Of a stretch of DNA of 64,000 bases, positions 57,421 through 64,000 are shown in pieces (position 1 is the first letter of the stretch; each line of letters opens with the position of its first letter). The translations under genes and the position numbers were made by a program. Origin of the DNA: Nitrospinaceae bacterium (GTDB lineage Bacteria > Nitrospinota > Nitrospinia > Nitrospinales > Nitrospinaceae). The stretch is taken from NCBI GenBank assembly GCA_965223665.1, contig OZ245011.1, forward strand, positions 2,720,001 through 2,784,000. The letters are read 5' to 3'. A model generated the notes under the pieces. The model had not been told where the DNA came from and searched no databases. It was given only the letters and a program-made list of their open reading frames with translations.

Positions 57421-59284
57421 TTTAAATATTTTAAAATCCTCAATTCCTATAACTCAAAATAATAAATTTTGGTGCTGTCTTTTTATTTGGATAATGGGTT
57501 TATTTATGGCATGGATAAGCTGGCTCAAGTGGCCAGATTTAACTATAGATTTTGGGGAACAGCTTTATATCGCCTGGAGACTTTCAGAAGGCGAGGTTTT
57601 ATATAAAGATATAAATTATTTTTATGGTCCCTTATCATCATATCTTCATGCAATTCTTTTCAAGCTATTTGGGGTAAACTTTTTAATAATTGTAAGCTTT
57701 AATATATTCTTAGTTGTGTTAACCGCATGGTTAATTTTTAGAATTTTCGCTTCAATTGGAACCAATATCTCAGCCTTCTTTTCCTCTCTAATTTTTGTGA
57801 CAGTTTTCGCTTTTTCTCAATACCTATGGATGGGTAACCATAATTTCGTTTGTTCCTATGTTTACGATATTACACACGGTATATTATTAACGTTTGCCTC
57901 TATATACCAATTAATAAAGTTAGTTAAAAACCAGAAAACTAAAAATTTATTTTTTTTGGGCTTACTTACCGGTTTGGTTTTTCTGACAAAATTTGAAGTC
58001 GCCCTTGCCTGGGGCATCACGGTAATAACAATATTATCTTATTATTTTTATCATCATGTTCCAGTTCAAAAAAGTAAAATTAGAGAAGTCCTGATTTTCA
58101 TTCTCTCTTCACTACTTCCACTAGCAATATTCTTTTTCTATTTTTCATTTCACTTATCTTTTACAGAAGCATTTTTTACCTTATTAAAACCCTGGGCCTA
58201 TGCATTTAACCCCTTAATTAGAGACCTTCCTTTTTACAAATCTGTAATGGGAATCAATCAGCTTAAAGAAAATATTTTAATTAACGTTAAGTTTGCCAGT
58301 CTGGGGGTTGCATTAATATTAACCCTGTTTTTCATCAACTACAAACTTCTAAAAAATAAGAAAAATAATTACTTACATTATGTATCTTCTATAATTTTTT
58401 TATTAGGATTTCATTTTTTATTTTTTAATACAATTCCCTGGCTTGAAACTTTAAGACCAGTTCCATTATTTATAATTTCTGCATTTCTTATTTTTTTAAT
58501 CAAGTACCACAAAGAAACAAATTTAAATAAAAAAAAATTATTACCATTAATTGCCTTTAGTTTATTTTCTCTTTTATTACTTATAAAAATAATTTTTAAA
58601 ACTCATGTATATCACTATGGGGTTGCTCTAGCACTCCCCGGGACTTTACTTTTAACTAAGTTTATTATTGACGATATTCCAATGTGGATTCAAAAAAGAG
58701 GAGTCCACAATTTATTTTTTAAAACTTCCATATATGGGATATTGGCATTATTTATTTTTGTCCATATAAAAATTTCTTATTCTTATTATGAAAAGAAAAT
58801 TCTTCCAGTAAATCAAAATGAAGATTTATTAATAGGTTATTCCCCTTATGTAACACCTCGAGATATGAATTTTAAAATCGCCTTAAGCTTTATTGAGGAA
58901 ATCATTGAACCTGACCAGGAGTTATATTCTTTTCCCACGGGCACACTTCTAAACTTTCTAGCAAGAAGAAAGAATTCTAATCCCAATATAAGTTTTAATC
59001 CGGGAACTTGGAAATTGGTCGGAGAGAATATTATATTAAATTCTTTAAAAGATTCCCCTCCTCATTTTATAGTCATTGTTTTTCACGATTATCTTGAATT
59101 TAAATATAGATTTTTTGGAGTAGATTTTGGGCAAAATATATATCAATGGATCCAAAAAAATTATCAATCAATTCACCAAATTGGCAACCACCCAGTAAAG
59201 GACAAGAAAGAAGGAATTATTATTTTTAAAAAGAAGCCCTTCAACCCAGGAGAGAACAAACTAACTGAATTTCCCAGAACTTAA
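57410..59284 (+). CDS. GT-C fold glycosyltransferase, paralogue 3
   Basis: WPDLTIDFGEQLY...GEVLYKD...YGPLS, LTKFE and HYGVALALPG. Confidence 0.72.
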   Translation: MLVSLNILKSSIPITQNNKFWCCLFIWIMGLFMAWISWLKWPDLTIDFGEQLYIAWRLSEGEVLYKDINYFYGPLSSYLHAILFKLFGVNFLIIVSFNIFLVVLTAWLIFRIFASIGTNISAFFSSLIFVTVFAFSQYLWMGNHNFVCSYVYDITHGILLTFASIYQLIKLVKNQKTKNLFFLGLLTGLVFLTKFEVALAWGITVITILSYYFYHHVPVQKSKIREVLIFILSSLLPLAIFFFYFSFHLSFTEAFFTLLKPWAYAFNPLIRDLPFYKSVMGINQLKENILINVKFASLGVALILTLFFINYKLLKNKKNNYLHYVSSIIFLLGFHFLFFNTIPWLETLRPVPLFIISAFLIFLIKYHKETNLNKKKLLPLIAFSLFSLLLLIKIIFKTHVYHYGVALALPGTLLLTKFIIDDIPMWIQKRGVHNLFFKTSIYGILALFIFVHIKISYSYYEKKILPVNQNEDLLIGYSPYVTPRDMNFKIALSFIEEIIEPDQELYSFPTGTLLNFLARRKNSNPNISFNPGTWKLVGENIILNSLKDSPPHFIVIVFHDYLEFKYRFFGVDFGQNIYQWIQKNYQSIHQIGNHPVKDKKEGIIIFKKKPFNPGENKLTEFPRT

Positions 59285-60034
59285 ACAAAATTCAATATAA
59301 GTTTGATTTTTTTCCTCAATTAATTTTTGACTTTTTGAAGCAAGTAATCGTCGGTCGGCCTCCTGGAGGGAAGGAAGAATTGTTATGGTTAGTAAGAGTT
59401 CTTTATTTTTTAACAAACGATATAGGTGTTGAGAAAATGTAATGTGTCTCCAGCAGGCTACAGAAGGTTTTTGATTATCCAGGTAAGTTATTAATACCGG
59501 CTGAACGTGTGAATGTGTTTTTGCTGCCGCTTCAAATGCTGATGACTTAAAGGGTTGGATTTCATCGTTAGGGGAAACTCCTCCTTCAGGAAACAGGGTA
59601 ACCGAAAAACCACAGACCAATCTTCTTTCAATCTCCCTAACCATATCTTTAACAGCTAACTTTTTGGTTCGATTGATAAAAATTGTTCCTCCCAATGCAG
59701 CCATTTTCCCGATCATTGGCCAGGACCCAATTCCAAACTTAGATACAAAAAATGTTTCAAAACAGCTAGCCAACACAAATATATCCGGTGTACCTACATG
59801 ATTCGCTACTATTAAGGAACCTACTTTTCTATTCTCATTTCCCTCAATCTTAATTTTAAAATTTAATATCCAGCAGCATAAAATTCCCCAATAACGGGTG
59901 TAGCGTATTACAAGGTGCCAATGCTTTTTTTGGTTTCTAGAATAAAGTAAATATAAAATTAATCCCGTAGAAAATGCCCATACCTGTATTAAAAGAAGGC
60001 CTATTAACCTGTAACCAACTCTTACCCATCCCAT
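59261..60034 (-). CDS. Lysophospholipid acyltransferase (PlsC family)
   Basis: NHVGTPD (NHx4D), FINR, FPEG and PFKS. Confidence 0.9.
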   Translation of the reverse strand: MGWVRVGYRLIGLLLIQVWAFSTGLILYLLYSRNQKKHWHLVIRYTRYWGILCCWILNFKIKIEGNENRKVGSLIVANHVGTPDIFVLASCFETFFVSKFGIGSWPMIGKMAALGGTIFINRTKKLAVKDMVREIERRLVCGFSVTLFPEGGVSPNDEIQPFKSSAFEAAAKTHSHVQPVLITYLDNQKPSVACWRHITFSQHLYRLLKNKELLLTITILPSLQEADRRLLASKSQKLIEEKNQTYIEFCLSSGKFS

Positions 60035-60038
60035 AGCT

Positions 60039-60842
60039 TCAATAAAAATTTTCCTGATTCTCTTTTGTTAATTTAAATAGATCCTTAGTAACCCAACGAA
60101 AAAAATTGCTTTGGTAGGATCTGATTATATCCAGAAAATGAATTTTCCGGTTAGACGAGATTCTCATTTTTTCCAAAATTTTCCTTCCAATTGCAGTCCA
60201 TGCCTCAGGAGCTTTAAACAATCCATAATGAACCTTGTCCCAGCCTAAAAAGGAATCGAGAGAAGATATTTTGAATACATTTTTATTTGCTAAGGTCTCC
60301 AAAAACTTGTTGATATCCTTAACACTATTCTTAACAGATCCTGCAGAAACCTTAGATTTTGGATATAGCATCGATCTAACCGTAACAAAAAACCAATTCG
60401 GCAATGGGTTCTCAAAAGCTTTTGGGAGAGTGGTAAAAAAAATAACAGAATTTAAACTTTTTAATTTTTCAATTATGGACTGAATACTTTCTTTAATTTC
60501 GTTAGGGGTTTTATTATAAAGAATATCATTACCAATGTCCGTCATTAAACATATGACTTGAAAACCTTGGCCTGCTTTTTTTTTTGCAAGTGGATACCAT
60601 TCGCAAGAAGCAATAGGGGAGTAAATGGCGGTAAAAATTCCTCCATAAGCACAATATCCTCTTCCTGGGCCCATGGCAGAAATTATATCAATTTTACGGT
60701 TGGATAAATGTTTTTTCAAAAACCGAACTAAGGCATCGTGACCTCTACCTAAATTGCTGGCTCCTAAAAGGATCAATAGAATAGGCTTTGGAGAGGAATC
60801 GAGAGAAAAGTTCTCTGAACTCTTCTTCATTTCACTTTTCAT
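60039..60842 (-). CDS. SGNH/GDSL hydrolase-like protein
   Basis: LLGASN (block I), DIGND (block III) and DKVH (DxxH). Confidence 0.65.
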   Translation of the reverse strand: MKSEMKKSSENFSLDSSPKPILLILLGASNLGRGHDALVRFLKKHLSNRKIDIISAMGPGRGYCAYGGIFTAIYSPIASCEWYPLAKKKAGQGFQVICLMTDIGNDILYNKTPNEIKESIQSIIEKLKSLNSVIFFTTLPKAFENPLPNWFFVTVRSMLYPKSKVSAGSVKNSVKDINKFLETLANKNVFKISSLDSFLGWDKVHYGLFKAPEAWTAIGRKILEKMRISSNRKIHFLDIIRSYQSNFFRWVTKDLFKLTKENQENFY

Positions 60843-60851
60843 GGAAATGAG

Positions 60852-61751
60852 TTAAGGATAAGATCGGTATTTTTTTGGCAAACCGGCTCGATCAGCCCGC
60901 TGCTCTAATGCCTTATGAAGTTTCTCATAATATTTTACCATTTTTTTCGCATCTTTCACCCTTTTGGATTGACCTCTTACCATATGCTGAAATCTTTGGT
61001 ATTGACGAATGGAATTGGTATAACCATCATATTTTGTTTTCCACCATTTGGCAGTGTGCCCATCCCAAAGAGGTTCTCCATTACTCTTTTGGCGTTTGAG
61101 GACCAATTCATTTGAAGAAGAGCGCACCTCTATTTGGTATTCACTAAGAAAAGACATCCCCAACAAACCATCCATCATACCCATATGGGGATTGATACTT
61201 GCTTCAACATTTTTTACAATTGCCGACCCAACTTGTACTTTCTTTAAAATAAGTAAAGGTGAGGAAATAGTTCCCCCTGCAGTTGAAAACTGCATATGGG
61301 GTCCTTTATCGAGATTTCTAAATTTTAGAAGCTTAGCAATACGATCAGACAAAATTACTAAAGAAGCTCCCGTATCCAGCATTAAATCCGCTCTAACATT
61401 TCCATTGATAATCGTTTCCACAGAATAGTTTCCCCCACTTACTTGCTTAAGAGGAATTATATGTTTTCCTCCACTTCTGCGAACGGTAGGAAAATTGATT
61501 GAAACCGGAACCGTTATATTATCGGGAGGACCTCCCCTTACAGTTTCTAAATTGCTACCTTTTTTATTATATTGTTTTGGAATTTTGGAAGGATTATCAG
61601 TGTAATGAGTCTTACCGTTTTCGTCTTTCCATTTATAGATTTTTGCAAAAACAGAATTAGGAAACAGAAGTATAAATACAACAAAAAAACAAAATAAATT
61701 CTTAGTCCATAGAAATCGGTTTAACAAAAACTTCTCTTGGTTTAATTCCAT
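60852..61751 (-). CDS. Retropepsin-like aspartic protease (clan AA) with N-terminal DUF4124; true start may be downstream
   Basis: Signal peptide, IYKWKDENGKTHYTDNP (DUF4124), LMLDTGAS and GLLGMSFL. Confidence 0.88.
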   Translation of the reverse strand: MELNQEKFLLNRFLWTKNLFCFFVVFILLFPNSVFAKIYKWKDENGKTHYTDNPSKIPKQYNKKGSNLETVRGGPPDNITVPVSINFPTVRRSGGKHIIPLKQVSGGNYSVETIINGNVRADLMLDTGASLVILSDRIAKLLKFRNLDKGPHMQFSTAGGTISSPLLILKKVQVGSAIVKNVEASINPHMGMMDGLLGMSFLSEYQIEVRSSSNELVLKRQKSNGEPLWDGHTAKWWKTKYDGYTNSIRQYQRFQHMVRGQSKRVKDAKKMVKYYEKLHKALEQRADRAGLPKKYRSYP

Positions 61752-64000
61752 CTGATCTTCCTACAACTCCCTCCCTCTCCATTATTTCAATCATTCGGGC
61801 AGCCCGATTGTAACCCACTCGCAGTTTCCTCTGAACCATTGAGATGGAAGCCTGCTGTTCTCTCGCAACCAGGGCTACTGCCTCATCATACTTCTCATCG
61901 TATTCTTCATCTCCCTCTTCCTGATCTTTTTGATCAGCTACTACTTGAAAAACGTCTTCAGAGAACTCGGGACCAGATCCCTGTTCTTTAATAAATTTTA
62001 AAATACGATTGATCTCTTCATCGCTCACCAAAGCTCCATGAATTCTTTGTAGTCTCGAGGTACCGGGAGGCAAAAACAGCATGTCACCCTTGCCCAGCAG
62101 CTTTTCCGCGCCCATACTATCCAAGATAGTTCTGGAATCTACCCTGGATGTCACCTGATACGAAATTCGCGCAGGGAAATTTGCTTTAATAATACCCGTT
62201 AACACATCAACCGAGGGTCGCTGTGTAGCAACAATCAGATGAATGCCAGCAGCTCTGGCCATTTGAGCTAACCTTGTTAATGATTCTTCAACTCCTCGGG
62301 AAGAAACCATCATCAGATCCGCCAACTCATCAATTATAATTACAATATAAGGAAGCTTAGATGGCCGCTTATCTTCTTCACTTATATTCTCTGCCTCAAA
62401 ATCATCGTCTAAAAACTCTGAAGTACTGGGCGAGGGTTTTTTTAGTTTCGATTGCTTTCGGCTTTCAATATCATGTTCGCTTTGTAATTTTTCTATTCTA
62501 TTATTATAACCAGAAATATTCCGAACCGCCAACTCCGCCATCAATTTATAACGTCGCTCCATTTCCGAAACGGCCCATTGTAATGCAGCTGCTGCTTTTT
62601 TGGGATTCGTCACTACGGGAGAAATTAAATGAGGAATTCCATCATACATTGACAATTCAAGCATTTTGGGATCAATCATTATCATTTTTACTTCATCAGG
62701 ACTCGCATTTAAAAGTAAACTACAGATCATAGAATTGATTCCCACTGATTTTCCAGAGCCTGTAGAACCTGCTAACAATAAATGAGGAACTTGTGCCAAA
62801 TCTTGAACAATTGGCTGACCAATATTATCTTTCCCAACGGCTAGTGCCAATTTTGAATGCGCATCTTGAAAATCCTCAGAACTGAGGATTTCCTTTAAGA
62901 ATACGGTCTCCCGTTTGGGATTTGGCAACTCAATTCCCACCACAGGTTTTCCTGGAACCGGAGCTAAAATTCTAACGCTAGGGGCACGCATGGCTAATGA
63001 TAAATCATCAGTTAGAGACATAATACGACTCACTTTAATGCCTGGAGCCGGTTCAAATTCATAAAGGGTGATTACTGGTCCAGGAAGCACCTGCACCACT
63101 CGTCCTTCAATTCCAAAATCTAATAATTTTTTTTCTAAGATGGTTGAGTTGAGAATTATTTCCTGTTTCAATTTTTCAACATTTCTGATTTTTGAGGGAT
63201 CATTTAATAAATCCAAAGGAGGTACTTGATAATTCTCAGAATCTTTCATAAATGGGAAGTCTTCCTGAATGGCAAAATCTGCTTTATCTTTTTTCTCTTT
63301 ACTCTTTTTTTCAGGTAGGTCAAACTTTTTGGGAACTGGAGTCATGAGTTCATTTGATATTATTACGGGCTCACTTAATTTATGTTTTTTCACTTTCCCT
63401 TTATTTGTGGTTTTCCAAATATTCCAAGACTCTATCATCCAGGACTTAAAACCTTTAACCACTTCCAATCCCCATTGCAACCCCTGAATCAAACTTCGAA
63501 ATACAAACCGAACAGTCCTTTTTATAAAATTTCCAGTAATATCAATAAGGGTACTGATAGGCACGCCAAACATAGCAAACATGGAAATAAAAATAAGGGT
63601 GACCAAAAGCAATTGAGTTCCTACCGGGTTCAACCAAAGAACCAACCAGTTTGCCACCCATTTTCCAAGAAGGCCCCCAGATTGTGCCGCAATTCCGAAA
63701 AACAAATCATCCTTATATTGGATGGCCAACAGAGCACAAAAAGCAATTAAAAATAATGAACCGAAACCCAGTGCCACTGGCCACCGATAAAACTCTCTTC
63801 CTCGTATTAAAGCCCATCCCACCAGTAAAGTTACCAAGGGAAAAATAAATGCGCCCGTTCCCAAAGATTGCACTAATAAATCAGATAAAAATGCCCCAAT
63901 TTTTCCTCCCATATTGTTGACTTTTTCTACACCGGAAGAAAACTTATTAAATGAAGGATCTTTTGGCGAAAAAGTCACCAAAGCCATTAAGGTATACAAA
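61702..64000 (-). CDS. ftsK: DNA translocase FtsK (partial, 5' end beyond window)
   Basis: N-terminal TMs, AGSTGSGKS, IIDELADLM, ATQRPS and gamma domain SMVQRKLRVGYNRAAR. Confidence 0.98.
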   Translation of the reverse strand, partial: LYTLMALVTFSPKDPSFNKFSSGVEKVNNMGGKIGAFLSDLLVQSLGTGAFIFPLVTLLVGWALIRGREFYRWPVALGFGSLFLIAFCALLAIQYKDDLFFGIAAQSGGLLGKWVANWLVLWLNPVGTQLLLVTLIFISMFAMFGVPISTLIDITGNFIKRTVRFVFRSLIQGLQWGLEVVKGFKSWMIESWNIWKTTNKGKVKKHKLSEPVIISNELMTPVPKKFDLPEKKSKEKKDKADFAIQEDFPFMKDSENYQVPPLDLLNDPSKIRNVEKLKQEIILNSTILEKKLLDFGIEGRVVQVLPGPVITLYEFEPAPGIKVSRIMSLTDDLSLAMRAPSVRILAPVPGKPVVGIELPNPKRETVFLKEILSSEDFQDAHSKLALAVGKDNIGQPIVQDLAQVPHLLLAGSTGSGKSVGINSMICSLLLNASPDEVKMIMIDPKMLELSMYDGIPHLISPVVTNPKKAAAALQWAVSEMERRYKLMAELAVRNISGYNNRIEKLQSEHDIESRKQSKLKKPSPSTSEFLDDDFEAENISEEDKRPSKLPYIVIIIDELADLMMVSSRGVEESLTRLAQMARAAGIHLIVATQRPSVDVLTGIIKANFPARISYQVTSRVDSRTILDSMGAEKLLGKGDMLFLPPGTSRLQRIHGALVSDEEINRILKFIKEQGSGPEFSEDVFQVVADQKDQEEGDEEYDEKYDEAVALVAREQQASISMVQRKLRVGYNRAARMIEIMEREGVVGRSDGIKPREVFVKPISMD

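Noticed and set aside
60852-61751. Retropepsin-like protease as a sign of a retroelement
   Set aside because: The signal peptide and DUF4124 mark an ordinary bacterial clan AA protease; no reverse transcriptase or integrase is nearby.

Overview
Bacterial chromosome segment from a Gram-negative, LPS-producing organism. The gene content and the look of the proteins suggest Nitrospinota, but that is an unverified inference. Bases 1-19.1 kb hold one contiguous minus-strand transcription/translation cluster: tRNA-Tyr/Gly/Thr, rpmG, tRNA-Trp, secE, nusG, rplKAJL, rpoBC, rpsLG, fusA, tuf, rpsJ, rplCDW and a partial rplB. The rest is envelope, housekeeping and accessory genes: lpxK, two tandem waaA, a Na+/proline symporter, leuS-lptE-holA, rpsT, a 1985-aa modular secreted metallophosphoesterase, a multi-sensor chemoreceptor, three tandem GT-C glycosyltransferase paralogues and a partial ftsK. 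I saw no CRISPR array, rRNA, transposase or phage gene. The most notable observations are: (1) RpoB carries an ungapped copy of the RpoC zinc-binding motif; (2) one chemoreceptor combines a NarX/PilJ-like motif, an inserted c-heme domain and an Aer2-like PAS domain; (3) an unannotated ~100-nt structured RNA lies next to a small secreted peptide gene with a sigma54-type promoter; (4) a signal peptidase I paralogue lacks its catalytic Lys and follows a PDZ/beta-roll repeat protein; (5) the giant phosphatase has a near-identical internal repeat and a TPR neighbour with a predicted N-terminal His. All family assignments come from motif recognition by eye; no database search was run.
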